From Lama guanicoe (taxonomy: Eukaryota), in contig MU054032.1 of NCBI GenBank assembly GCA_013239625.1, positions 372,001 through 436,000 on the forward strand: DNA of 64,000 nucleotides. Reading direction: 5' to 3'. Shown here one piece after another: positions 27,401 to 40,166 of this stretch. The position numbers and the translations under genes were made by a program. Below the pieces are notes generated by a model that was not told the origin of the DNA, did no database searches, and worked only from the letters and a program-made list of their open reading frames with translations. Positions within the stretch are counted from its first letter, which is position 1; each line of letters starts with the position of its first letter.

Positions 27401-30400
27401 CAAGAAAGAGTTTAGAGTAATGGTGACAAAGATATTCAGAGAACTCAAGAGGAGTATAGATCCACAGAGCGAAGTTTTTAGCAAAGAGTTGGAAATAACC
27501 AAACAGAGTTGAAGAATAAAATTACTGAAATGAATAACACACTAGAAGGAACCAAGAATAGACTAAGTGAGGCAGAAGAATGGATCAGTGAGCAAGAAGA
27601 CAGATGAGTGGAAATCACTACTGCAGAACAGAAAAAATTAAAAAAGAATGAAAAGAAATGAGGATAGTTTAAGAGAACTCTGGGACAACATGAAATGCAC
27701 TAATTGCATTATAGGGGTCCCCGAAAGAGAAGAGAGAGAAAAGACCTGAGAAAACTTTTGAGGAGATAATAACTGAAAACTTCCCTAACTTGGGAAAGGA
27801 AACAGTCACCCCAAGTCCAGGAAGCGTAGAGTACCACACAGGATCAACCCAAAGAGGGACGTGCCAAGGCACACAGTCATCAAATTGACAAAAATTAAGG
27901 ATAAGGAGAAAACCTTAAAATCAGCAAGAGAAAAGCAACAAATGACATATAAGGCAGCTCCCATAAGGTTATCAGCTGATTTTTCAGCAGAAACTGTACA
28001 GGCCAGAAGGGAGCGGCACAATGTATTTAGAGTGATGCAAGGGGGAAACTTAAAACCAAGAATACTCTATCCAGCGAGGCCCTTGACAGACTTGATGGAG
28101 GATTCAAAAGCTTCACAGATAAATAAAAGCTAAAAGAATTCAGCACCATCAAACCAGCTTTACAGCAAATGTTAAAGGAACTTCTCTAGTCATCAAACCA
28201 CAAGAAAAGAGAACAAAAAGAAGAAAGAAAAAAAGACCCACAAAAACAAACCCAAAACAATTAACAAAATGGCAATAAGAACATACATATCGATAATTAC
28301 CTTAAATGTAAATGGATTAAACACTCCAACCAAAACACATAGACCGGCTGAATGGATACAAAAACAAGACCGACTGACTGGTATGCTGTCTGCAAGAGAC
28401 CCACTTCAGAGCTAGAGACACATGCAGGCTGAAAGGAAGGGGTTGGAAAAAGATTCCATGCAAACAGAAACCAAAAGAAAGCTGGAGTAGCAATACTTAT
28501 GTCAGACAAAATCGATTTTAAAATGAAGAGTGTTAGATTTTCTCAAAAACTTTGTGTGGCATCTACTGAGATGATCGTATAATTTTGTGTTTTTCACTCT
28601 GTTAATATGGTGTACTATGCTGATTGATTTTCTAATGTTAAACCAACATTGTGTTTCTGGGATGAAGCCCATTTGGTCATAATGTATTATCTTTTTATAA
28701 ACCGAGTTATATTTGCTGAAGTTTGTTAATGTTTATATTTATGTTCATGGAGGATATGGGTTTGTCGTTTTCTTTTTTTATAACGTCTTTTCATGATACT
28801 GGTATCAGTGTAATGCTAGTCTCGTAGGATACGTTGGGAAGTGTTCCTTCTTCTACAATTTCCTGGGAAAGATTGTGTGGAATTGATATTACTTCCTCCT
28901 TAAATGTTCAGAAGATCTTACTAGTGAGCTCATCTGTGGCTGAGGTTTACCCTGTTGAAAGACCGTGGGGTATTGTTTTGAGTTTTGGGTATTTTTCAAC
29001 AGCTGTATTGAGATATAATTTATATACTATTGAAAGTACGATTTTATGTGGGAAAAAAAAATCCTGTCCTCTTCAGAAATATCTGCCGTGATTGACCTAG
29101 ACTGGAACGATCTCACCCTCTGGATTTCTTTGGCAATTATTGTGTATGTAATCCAGTTAGCAATTAATAATTGCCTTACGTCATCTCTCCCATTGTCTTG
29201 GAATATTATTTATACCTTTTATTGTTATATAACTTTGTTTTTCTTGTGTCACAATCCATTTGGAATCTTGAGCACAGGAAACACATCTGAAGCCTGTTGC
29301 CCACAATGCTTGGCCCATAGTAGATCTGTACTTTGCTGTGACCCCGGGGACCTCTGGTCCTGGAAGCTGCTCAGAGGCTTGATTGGCTTTGCAGAGTTAG
29401 TGTACCCAGGCTCTTAGCTCCCGCTAATTCTCTTGTGCCCCTTTTGCCCTACTCCCCCTTCTAGGCGCCTCACTGCGAGCATGCTTTCTGCAACGCCTGC
29501 ATCACCCAGTGGTTCTCTCAGCAGCAGACGTGTCCGGTGGACCGAAGCGTTGTGACGGTCGCCCACCTGCGCCCAGTACCTCGGATCATGCGGAACATGT
29601 TGTCAAAGCTGCAGATTGCCTGCGACAACGCTGTGTTTGGCTGCAGTGCTGTTGTCCGGCTTGACAACCTCATGTCTCACCTCAGTGACTGTGAGCACAA
29701 CCCAAAACGGCCTGTGACCTGTGAACAGGGATGTGGGTAAGATTCCTGCCCTCCTCCTGCCCAGATAAGGGCCTTCCCATTTATACCCCATCTCTGGATC
29801 CCCTGCTCACTCGCTGAGGAGCTTCCTGTGCATGTCGGCAAAGAGTGTTCTTGGCCCCCCCCGGCTCCCTGCTCCAGGATCTCACTTTTGTGCTGCTTTT
29901 CCAGCTATGGTCTTTTTGCTCTTGCTTTAATAAAAGGAGAGAGACAGCGATTCTGCAATCTGTGTGATAGCAGTAAAAACTCGCTTACTTTATTCTTCCC
30001 TTTTGTCCATTACTACTTTTTCTTTGTCAGATTGACTGCTCTAATTTCCAGCCTTCTCATATTCCCTCTGGACCTATTTTTTTCTTTCTTTGGGGTGTGA
30101 AATATTTGATTAAGTGCTGATAGCTAGGCCGTGAATCTAGGGCTTCTCAGAAGGAATGAGTGCACAGGCAGAACCTAGGAGGGGAAGGAGAGGCACGTGG
30201 GAGATGAGCCACTTTCATAGAGGGAAGGCGGCCCAGAGAAAGGAGACAGCAAAGGGACAGAGGGGAGTGGAGCAGAAGGTGGTGAAGGAAATAAACAAGA
30301 GGGAGCCTGAATGTTAGAAATGACTGCATGTTAGAAATTTGAGGTAGGAGAGAGTGCTCTCAGCAGTTGTGCGCCTTCGGCCACATGTCTTATTGAATGC

Positions 30401-32259
30401 TCCTGTTGTCCTATTCTTTTCCCACCTGGGGGGCAGCCTGGAGATGCCCAAAGATGAGCTGCCGAACCACAACTGCATTAAGCACCTGCGCTCAGTGGTC
30501 CAGCAGCAGCAGACACGCATTGCAGAGCTGGAGAAGACCTCAGCGGAACACAAACACCAGCTGGCGGAGCAGGTAGGGCCCAGAGGACACAGGGCAGAAC
30601 ATGTCCTCCGTAGGCACCTGTAACCTTGTGCCTGTGGGTGACAGGCTCCGATGTGAGCGGCAGGTCGGTGCCTGTGCTTGCGAGCCTCGGTTAGTACATA
30701 CTCTGTGTGTAGCAGCCAATCAGACTGGAGCTCTTCTTGCTTCCCTTCTTCCCATCAGTGACATTCATTCACCTACTGTTTATCAAATGCCTTCCCTTGA
30801 AGGCACTTTGCTAAGCACTGGGGCTAGAGCTGTGAATGACAGTTGTATCCCTGTCTTCATGAAGCCCCCAGTCTGGTTGTTCCTCAGATCTCTTGATTTC
30901 CCTCATTCTCAGACAAACTTTTGTCTTTAGTCTGTTCTCTGTCATAACCATTATCCCTCATCCTCCTTCCCTCTAACAGAAGCGAGACATCCAGCTGCTA
31001 AAGGCATACATGCGTGCAATCCGCAGTGTCAACCCCAACCTTCAGAACCTGGAGGAGACAATTGAGTACAACGAGATCCTAGAGTGAGTGTCACTCAGGA
31101 CGTGGAGTTACTCCACATCCTGGCGCCGAGCCCTGTTGGGGAGGAGCAGGGCAGTGGCAGAAGGAGGGTAATAAGAGGGCTGGGCTGGGGCCACCGCCTC
31201 TCAGATGTTGGGGTGAAGAACAAGGCCGGAGGAGAAAGGGATAATCTTGAGGATCTCATTCTTCTGGGTGGATGGAAGGGGAAACTTACCCAAGAATTAG
31301 GGGGGTACCCACATGTACAGAGCCGTCTGTTAAAGGCCTGTGGAGCGCTAGGAGCGCTAGGAGGACCAAAAAGAAATAGAAGATATTATTCATGCCTTCA
31401 GGGGGCTTACAATTCAGAGAAGAAGGTGCAAATCCAGGAAAGTGATGTAAAATATAGCAAAAATAAGCAAAGTAAACAAGCAAAATCTAAGATCCCTTTC
31501 AGTTCTGGGGCTCTATACAGTTCATAGACTGAACTGTTAAGTGTGAGTCAGTATATACAGTACACAGTGCTGCACGGGACACAGCAGAGGGGAACAGCTG
31601 CTCCTTCAGCACATGTTTGTGGAGCGCTTCCTGCATGTCAGGTACCATGTGCTAATAAGTATTGAAATTTTTCAGAAAAATAACAGGGACCCTATAGTCG
31701 TGGAGTTTAATCTGGTGAGAAACATGCAGTGACTTAGATGGAACCAACCAGGGAATTGTTTGAAGTTTCTGAGCCAATGATGGAAGGAAAGAAGGATGAA
31801 TCGGGTTAGGCTGAGTGCAGAGCGGGTGGTCGTTCCTGTTTGGAGGAAAAGCCAATGCAGAGAAAGGGGATGAGCTGGAATGACCACCTCCAACTCCCTC
31901 CGCACAGGTGGGTGAACTCCCTGCAGCCAGCAAGAGTGACCCGCTGGGGAGGGATGATCTCGACCCCGGACGCTGTGCTCCAGGCGGTAATCAAGCGCTC
32001 CCTGGTGGAGAGTGGCTGTCCTGCCTCCATTGTCAACGAGCTGATTGAAAATGCCCACGAGCGGAGCTGGCCCCAGGGTCTGGCCACATTAGAGACAAGG
32101 CAGATGAACCGGCGTTACTATGAGAACTACGTGGCCAAGCGCATCCCTGGCAAGCAGGCTGTCGTCGTGATGGCCTGTGAGAACCAGCACATGGGTGACG
32201 ACATGGTGCAGGAGCCGGGGCTTGTCATGATATTTGCGCATGGTGTGGAAGAGATATAG
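24496..32259 (+). CDS. RNF41: E3 ubiquitin ligase NRDP1 (RING finger protein 41), complete, 317 aa
   Basis: Exons 24496-24585 ([30 protein letters not shown]), 29465-29736 ([17 protein letters not shown]...), 30437-30572, 30980-31083 and 31908-32259 (...[10 protein letters not shown]). Total 954 nt = 317 aa + stop. C3HC4 RING spans the first two coding exons. Confidence 0.98.
26522..26582 (+). mobile_element. Very short 5'-truncated L1 tail with 13-bp TSD
   Basis: tgtacacctgaaactgacacaacattgtaaatcaactatacgtcaataaaa + poly(A). TSD AATAATGTAGATG at 26509-26521 and 26583-26595. Confidence 0.8.
27290..28535 (+). mobile_element. Degenerate LINE-1 ORF1 plus start of the ORF2 endonuclease
   Basis: [50 protein letters not shown] (L1 ORF1p) and [18 protein letters not shown] from 28269 (ORF2 APE domain start). 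Stops and frameshifts present. Confidence 0.92.
28536..28950 (-). mobile_element. Older L1 ORF2 fragment in the opposite orientation
   Basis: gcatctactgagatgatc...ctgggatgaagcccatttggtcataatg...ttgggaagtgttccttc matches the antisense L1 ORF2 pattern. Confidence 0.7.
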
Positions 32260-33150
32260 GAGATCTCGACGGGCTATGAGGAGGAGATGAAAATCAGAAA
32301 ATCCTGTCACTCCAGCAGTGGGGCCCTGAGTCCTCCCCACTTCCCTTAATACCGTGGCTTACACCTGAGCCACACATCTCCCTGCTCTTCTGGCACTGAA
32401 GGGGGGCCCCGGGGCACTCTGCTCAGCCTTTCAGGTGGGGAACCCAGATTCCCTCCTTTTGCTTTATTTCTTCCCCTAAGATGTCTGTAAATTTTCCATC
32501 TGGTTGGGAAAGGCCCCACCTCTATATCTGTTTTCCTGCCTAGGGTCCCTGGTTCCAGTTATTTTCAGAAAGCACAAGGGTACTCATTTTCTCCAGAGGA
32601 TCAGGGTGGAGTGAGGAATCTCTAAGTGTTCCCCTCCTCCAAAACCAAGGAATCAGAACAGGCAGGACTATTGACTCTAAACAGCATTTAGAGGGCAGCT
32701 AGGGGAGAAATGGTGAGGGTGGAACAAAACCCTAGAAATGAATAAGGAGGCCAGCTGGCCATTGTTGGTGGCCCTTAGGGGAAGACTGGACCTCTGTGCC
32801 AAGCAATACCCCATTCAGCCCACCTTAAAGGTGTGGGCCCCCGCTGGGTCTGCAGGTGTGCAGGTTAGGATACTGAAAATTTCCAGATGAGCTCTTCTTT
32901 CCTACACTTCCTCGTGGTTAGGGAATGACAGGGGTGGGGATGAGGGGTTAGTCTACTGGGGTGCATATGCTCAGCAGGAAGCAGCTCTCTGGCGTTTGCT
33001 GGAATCGGGTAGGCGCTGCCTCTGTGGCACAGGCCCTAATGGTTCCGTAGACCCTTCTCCAGCCCGGTGATTGTAACTAGTTATTTTGATAATTTCCTTT
33101 GGCCATTGTTACTTGTTTATATTTCACTCCCTCCCTCCCACTTTTTTTTT

Positions 33151-33414
33151 TTTTAAGAATGGCCTGATTATGGCTACCCCACTTTTCCAGCCCAGCCACA
33201 TTGTTGGCAATTTAATTTATTTACTTTTTTTTTTTAAGAAAGGAAAAAGAAAAAAAATTAACAAAACTTAAAACTTTTGCTATTTTAAGAATGGCCTGAT
33301 TATGGCTACCCCACTTTTCCAGCCCAGCCACATTGTTGGCAATTTAATTTATTTACTTTTTTTTTTTTAAGAAAGGAAAAAGAAAAAAAATTAACAAAAC
33401 TTAAAACTTTTGCT
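33151..33414 (+). repeat. Tandem duplication, 2 x about 131 bp, in the RNF41 3'UTR
   Basis: 33151-33281 and 33283-33414 are identical except for a T11 vs T12 run. Confidence 0.95.
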
Positions 33415-34359
33415 CTTCCTATTGTGGGGATTCTGGATAGGGTGGGACAGGGATGGGATCTGTTTTATATTTTTCCTTTTCAGCACAACCTTTGGCTTTA
33501 ATATAGGAGGGCCAAGGGAGTCCTTGGCTGAACTTATGTCTGTCCCAGTCCTCCATAACCCATCCGAGATGAGGAGCTTCCTCTATTCCAGTGATGGATG
33601 TGACAGTCCAGCATCGATGCCTGTGCCCTCTGGAGAACTCTGCTCCCAGCCTATCCAGGGTCTCATTGTAAAACTCTGGACTTAGAGTATTAATTTTGAA
33701 GAAACCCTGCCCACTATGCGCCTCCCCTACCTGCCTGGTTTCCTTGGAGATAAACAGCTGGGTTCTAAGCTTCACCAGGCAAAGTGGGATAGAAAGTATG
33801 CCCCTGAGTACAGGCTGTACTCTGCCTCACCCAGGCCCCCAAGGACTTGAGCTCCACTTCAGGCTGCCCAGGGCATGCCGTGATCCCTAGGGTGACTGGC
33901 AGAGTAAGAGGAGAGGAGGTGGTGGGTGTGGGGTAGTGGGTAGTGGGTCTTAATAAGCAGGTGGGAGGTGGGGTTGGAGAGATGGCCGTGTAACAGCTGC
34001 TGCTCTTTTTGGAGTTGCTCTCCGGGCCAGCTTGCTGTAGGTCTGGGTAGTTGGGTCATGGCCCCAGTGGGACTGTGGGCAGGAGAGGGATACAGCGTGG
34101 AGGGCGTGTGGAACATCGTCATGTGTTCCAGCTCCAGGACGTTGTGCTCAGGAATTTGAAAACGCTGCTATACTTAGTCTGGTTACGACATTTCTTCCAC
34201 CCCCACTGCCCCGGCCCGCCTTACCAAGGCCCATACCCTCCTGTCGTCATCCTCAGATGGAGCCAGGAAGCTCAGTAAAGGCTTCCCTACCCTTTGCACT
34301 AGTGTCTCTGCAGGTTGCTGGTTGTGTTTTATGTGCTGTTCCACGGTGTTGACTGCACT

Positions 34360-34365
34360 AATAAA
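34360..34365 (+). terminator. Polyadenylation signal of RNF41
   Basis: AATAAA about 2.1 kb after the stop codon, followed by a pyrimidine-rich downstream tract. Confidence 0.7.
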
Positions 34366-35434
34366 CCTTTTACTCAACTCTAAATTCTTAATTCACATCA
34401 CTCCCCTCTTGAAGGTTCTCCTCTGCCTTGTCCTTTCTCTCGCCTTAATTCCCCTTACTTCCTCCCCACTTTGTAACCCACTCTTGTCTCAGAACCTCTG
34501 TTTAGGAGGATATCTGTCTGAGAGGAGTGCATTTCATATCTTCTTTGCCCTGCGTGCCCTCCTGTGTCCTTCCCTCCTGTCCCCTGTTTTGTACAATGAA
34601 AGCTCTCACTAGTGATCTGAACTGTATTCTTTTCAGGGTTTACCTTTGCTCCAAATCCACATCTTCTTACGTGCTCTGGGATTTCAGGATACTTTCTATG
34701 ATGATATGCTAGTAACTTTCTCCCTTGTCCCCCAAGCACCTTTGCTTTGGAATCTGGGATTCCATCACAGGCAGGAACCCTCCACCCTTGTGTCCTAACC
34801 AAGAAGGTAAACACAAGGAAAAGAACCTGGAACATCTGCACCTGCTGTGGTTGCTAAGTCTTGCTAAACCCTTTTGTAGGCATCTGCTGCCATCTTCCTA
34901 TCATGAGAAAATAATCTTTTACCGCAGTGCTATATTTTAAACTTCTTCAGCATTTATCATGCACCTAATATAAACTTGGTAGTACTCTAGCTACTCTAGT
35001 GGGGCAAAAAAAAAAAAAACCCCACAAAACACCCACATACGGGCATTCCTGTGCCCACTGGATCTACTACACTTTCATAAATACAAGGTCTGATTAAAAA
35101 ATGCCGATGAACAAATCACAACCTAGAGCACAAGCAGTAATATTTGTACCCTAGTGATACCAGTAGTGTTTAAAAAAAAAAACTTCAAAATTACTTTCAG
35201 AAGCTGCTGTTCATTCTTTTGAATGTCATGAATGATGCAAAATCTTTTTAGGGTAGATTTGGTTTTTGCAGACCATTCATTGAGTGCCTATTCTACAAGA
35301 ACTCACTAGGGTGGGACTGAGGGCAGTGGTTCATGTAGCAAAATGGCACCTATGTGAGCAGAGGGAAGAGAAAGCCACAATTCCGATGGGTTCCAGGAAA
35401 GACTTTTCCAGGAGATACAGTGTTTGTTCTAGAT

Positions 35435-35642
35435 CAGAGTTTGGCAAACTACAGCTTGTATCCTGCTGCCTGATTTTGTAAAAAAGTTTTATTGGAACGT
35501 AGCCATGGCTGTTTCTGTTTACATATATTGTTTATGGATGCTTTGAGATTACAGCAGTAGAGCTGAGTAGTTCCCATAGAACTATGGCCACAAAGCCTAG
35601 AAGGTTTGCTATTTGATCCTTTATAGAAAAGTTGCCAACCTA
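35435..35642. mobile_element. hAT-Charlie non-autonomous DNA transposon (MER58-like)
   Basis: Termini cagagtttggcaaact ... aagttgccaaccta, internal ttttattggaac...gcagtagagctgagtagtt. 8-bp degenerate TSD TTCTAGAT / TTCTGGAC. Confidence 0.75.
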
Positions 35643-36479
35643 TTCTGGACTTTTAAGGTCAGGAGAATGGGCAGGGAAGTGCAGAGAGGGTTGGTTGGTT
35701 TGATTTTTCACTTCAGTATACATTTGAAAAGTCAGAACATTTTCCTACTGAAATAACAAATGCTTAAAATTAATATTAAATTAATATTCACAATTCCTCA
35801 ACTGTCCTAAGAAAAGTACTTTTGGAGCTAGTTTTTGTCCAACCCTGGATCCAGTCCAGGAACCCTGCCATTACACCAGTTACGTGTTTTAACCCTCTTA
35901 GTCTGGATTCCTGGAACAATCTGTTTTTGGTGACAGTAATTGAAGAAATTGGGCCAGTTGTCTGGAGAGTGGCCTTTTGGATTTGATGGATTGCCTCTTG
36001 ACAGTGTCCTTTAACTTGTTTTTCTAACCCCTGTTTCTACTAAACAGAACTAGGTCTAGAGTCAGAGAGATTCAAGTTAAACAGTTCTGGGGATAAAAGA
36101 CATCACGGGAGAGATGTTCTTTACGTTGTGAAACATCAGGACGTAGGCCCAGCCGTCCCACCATTACTCTGATCTCTCCATTGTACGCTTGAGAGATGTT
36201 TTTAAAGCTGGCAAGGTGACGGACACGTGCCCTGAGAGAAGGGGCAGCTGGCAGTGCAGCTCCACCTGGTTACTTCTATACAAGAACAGGGCCCAACATT
36301 GCCCCTATTTTTCAAGAACTTTTGGACACCCTAATGTTTGTATTAAATGTCACAACTTTTAAATATTGGCTCAATTTTTTAAAAATGTGGGCCAAAAAAA
36401 GAACAAAACAAAAACATCGGGTCCACCAGTTTGCAACCTCTGTTTTAGGCTAAGATCATAGCATGAATAAGAACAAATA

Positions 36480-39091
36480 AAGGTGAAAGATTTGTTGAAG
36501 GAAGAGACTAGTTAATCAGAATCTGAATTTGTTGAAGGAACTCATGGAAGATAAGACTAGAAATAATTTGGGGTCGATTCTTGGAAGGCCTTGAATACAG
36601 GGCAGGGAGTTTGGACTTCAATTTTATAGGTAGTTTTTGAGAAGAGTGACTTCCAACTTGTGAGTCTGATGGCGATATTATTAAGCTTTGCAGTAATTCA
36701 TGCAAAAGAGAATTAGAGCCTGAAACACAGCAGGAAAGAGGACAAGAGACATCAGAGGAGAAAAGTCAACGGCTTTAGTAACTGACTAGATTCACTCAGC
36801 AAACGTTGATACCTGTCTTATGCCAGATGTGGTTCTAGGCATTTGAGATATACAAGTAATTGAGAAGCCTTGAAAGGAATGTGCAGCTTAGTAGTTGACA
36901 TACACTTGAACAAATAAAGGAAAGCGCAGAATACCATGTTGCTATTAGGTAAGAACTAAGTACAAAGGGACAAGGAGGAAGGGGGTCAGCTACATACCTG
37001 GTGGGATGCAGGTGGGAAGGTTTCTCAGAGGAATCATTGGAATTGAGTTCTGAATAGAATCAGATCCTAGCAGTGAGGAAAGGGGCCAACAGCCAGATTC
37101 AGCATTTACTGTGAGTCACGCACTAAGTATTAAACATCTAGTCATCCCAACAGCTTCATAAAAAGATGCCATTATCATGTCCATTTTCTACGTGGAAAGA
37201 CCAAGACAAAGGACAAAATTAGCACAGCTAATACTCAGAACTGGGACTTGAAAGTCATGCCAGAGCCCGAGCTCCCAACCACTGCACATAACACAGGGCA
37301 GGTAACCAAAGATGAGTCACAGCTAAAGACGGATTTCTAGTCTGAATGAGAAGATAGGTTCATTAATCTGAATAGGGAGAAGAGGATGAGCAGGTTTTGG
37401 GGGTGAAGTAATGAGCTAATTTGGGGGCCAATGGGTTGGAAGTGCTTCCACACAGAGGGGTTTAGCCAGAAAATGGAAATGTGGGTCTAGAGCTCAACAG
37501 CAAGAAGTTAGGATTACAGAGGTGGATTTGCAAGTTACCTGCCCAAAGATGATGAAGAAATTCTAAGAATGAATGCAACCACTAAAGGAAAGGAACAGCA
37601 AGAAGGCTAAGAATGTGACCTTGGGGAATTCCAGAAGTAATCTGCAACAAAATCTGGAAAATAGATGAGTGATAAAGGTGGCTAATGCTTCAGCTTTTTT
37701 TTTTAAAGAAATTTTGAAGTAATGAATCATTTAAATCTGGCTAATGAACTAGTTGTGAAGGAGTTCCAGAAATGTTTTGTGCAACGACAGCATTCCTGAA
37801 ATAAGCGTAGGTTGAGATCATTTCAGCTGAAGTCCTCTAATTTGCTTTACTGGATAAACTGCAGAGATCCAAGCCTCTTAACATTTGGAACAAGTCAACA
37901 ACTTGGAAGGGGATAGTGAGTTCCTATGTGTTAGATTTCCCCACTTTAGCTTTTTACTCAGATAAAAGCAAATTTGATTAAAATCTAAGAAATTGTAGCT
38001 GAAAAAAATCAGTATAGGGTGGCATTAGCTAGTCATTGGTTATAAGGTGGAGACAGAAGGAACTTCACGAGAGAAGGAAGGAATTAGGCTGTGACGTGGA
38101 GGCGCCCAGCCTGATTAGATTGGTGGTATCTTACTGGGAAGAATTAAGGATTAAAAATGGGTGATTTAGGCAGAGTGTATTGAGAATAGGAGCATGTGTT
38201 TGAACAGATGGGGCTCTGAAATTCCTAGACGGGATTAATATGATGAAAGTTGTGTTTTAGAGATTTAAATGGTGAAACTGGGGCACCTGAAAGGCCATTG
38301 TAACAAAAGTGTGCATTAGATGATGTGATGGAAGAGGCAATGATTGATGAATGATGGGCACGGGAAAAGAAAATGTCCAGTAATTCTTAAGGCTGAAACT
38401 AGATGAAATTAAGATAATCGTATTAAATGGGAAAAATTGAGAACGTGATTCTGGGAAAGAAACTTTTGTTAGTGTTTTAGGAGACATTAGTTCAGCCAGG
38501 CAGATGAACATGCAGACATATAGGCAGAGGGAGATACAGGACCATGGTTTGCCTGAGAGGCCATGTCTGGGATGGTGGCATGGGGTTTTGTCTTGGGAGG
38601 AGAGAGAAGAATGCAGCTTTCATACAAAGCCACAGAAGAAGGGAGAAAACAAATGAGATGGAGAAATAGTGTTCTAAGAGAAAAACAAGAAAGTACAGAG
38701 TCTCTGAAGTCCGATAATAAATCAATGGTTTTCAACATAGCAAAGTTTTCTGCCACAGTGTTATTAAAGATAGCATTGAAGCTGAGGCAGAAGGTATACA
38801 TTTTATTTAAAAAAAAAAGAAGTAGAAAACAACATGGTGATTTGGAAGTGTCAAGTGAAGGTGTAGTTTTGTTTGTCCTGAATTAACGAAGGATTGAACC
38901 AGTGGGATAGGAGCATCTTAACTTGTTATGGAAGAATATTTATGGACGGTTCCTTAGGTAGTTGAAATGAGTGAGACTGCAAGCACAGGTGGAGAAGGTA
39001 ACATCAGGGCAGATGGATGAGCAAGGACAAATACTGAACCAGAAACTAAAGAATGCCCGTGAGTAGAATGTAGTAAATATGTAAGAAGGGG

Positions 39092-39126
<35 letters not shown>

Positions 39127-39400
39127 GATTATGCAACACAAAGATACAAGGATAGAGAGACAGGATTTGTTGGGATGGAAGAGTGAAAGAATTGTGGAGT
39201 TGTGGTGGGCTTTGAGGATGATAAAAATTTGACATTCTCTCTCATACACGAAGGTTCGAAGTCTTAGCCTCTCACCCCGAAAGTTACAAGAGAGGTATTT
39301 GAGAGTGAAAGGTTGGATCTCAAGTACCGAATAACCTCAGCCCGCTATTCTCGGTCCAGATCCTCCATTTTGTAAACCATGGGGGTTGGGGGAGTGCTTC
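36480..39400 (-). repeat. Fragmented L2/MIR remnants in the RNF41-SMARCC2 intergenic region
   Basis: Purine-rich antisense L2-like phrases (ggaaggccttgaatacagggcagggagtttggactt; ggaaatgtgggtctagagctca) and a MIR-like segment at about 37090-37285. Boundaries are approximate. Confidence 0.45.
39094..39125 (+). repeat. (GT)16 microsatellite
   Basis: Perfect dinucleotide run read directly. Confidence 0.95.
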
Positions 39401-40111
39401 TTCTCTTCACAACATAGTTGTCGGTTGCCCTCTGCTGGTCAGTTTTGGTCTTGGCTCGCCAGGTGTTTAAATTTGAGAGCATGCGCAAAGTGGGATTTGG
39501 TAGGAAGTCCAGTACTGAGCCCATTAGATTCCATCCATTCAGTACGTTTTTGATCACATCTATGTCTAAGGCCTAGTAGTGGAGATGCAAACAAAATACA
39601 GTCTATCTCTCAAGAAGCTTACAGTCCAGTCTTAGTAAAGATTAAAACATGTACACATAACCGTGTGAAAAAACAACCATCTCACATAGTAAGATTAGGG
39701 TGTAGGATATGGTGGGTGACAGGTGGTCAGAGAAGACTTTCAGGAGAACCAACATCTAAGTGAAGACTGAGAAGGTGAGGATGAGAAAGATTATTTCAAG
39801 CAGAGAACAGCATGAACACAGATAAATACTACAGCAGGAACTAAAAGAATACCAGTGGATGAAACACAGTGAATATGGAAGAGTGGGGAGAAAAAAAGGA
39901 ACCAGGTCGTGGAACACAGAAAGTAGCCATGGCAGGGTTTACAGTCTCTGCTACAGTGTGGATGCTTTATTGCAGCTTTACGTAGAACAACTCGTTAGTC
40001 CTCACAAGTACCCCTACCCTCCAAATGAAAGCTCTGGCAGGTTGTAGGTCCATCCTGCACTCACCCCTGAGAAAAGTGGACACAGTTGAGACTATCTATA
40101 TAGGAAGTAGA

Positions 40112-40166
40112 CACAACATTGTAAACAGGCTATAACTCAATTTTTTTAAATGTTAAAAATAAATCA
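40112..40166 (+). mobile_element. Very short L1 3' tail with 12-bp TSD
   Basis: cacaacattgtaaacaggctataactcaat... flanked by ATAGGAAGTAGA at 40100-40111 and 40167-40178. Confidence 0.7.

Noticed and set aside
39254..39266. Isolated B-box-like GGTTCGAAGTC
   Set aside because: No A box, tRNA fold or terminator in context, so probably a chance match.
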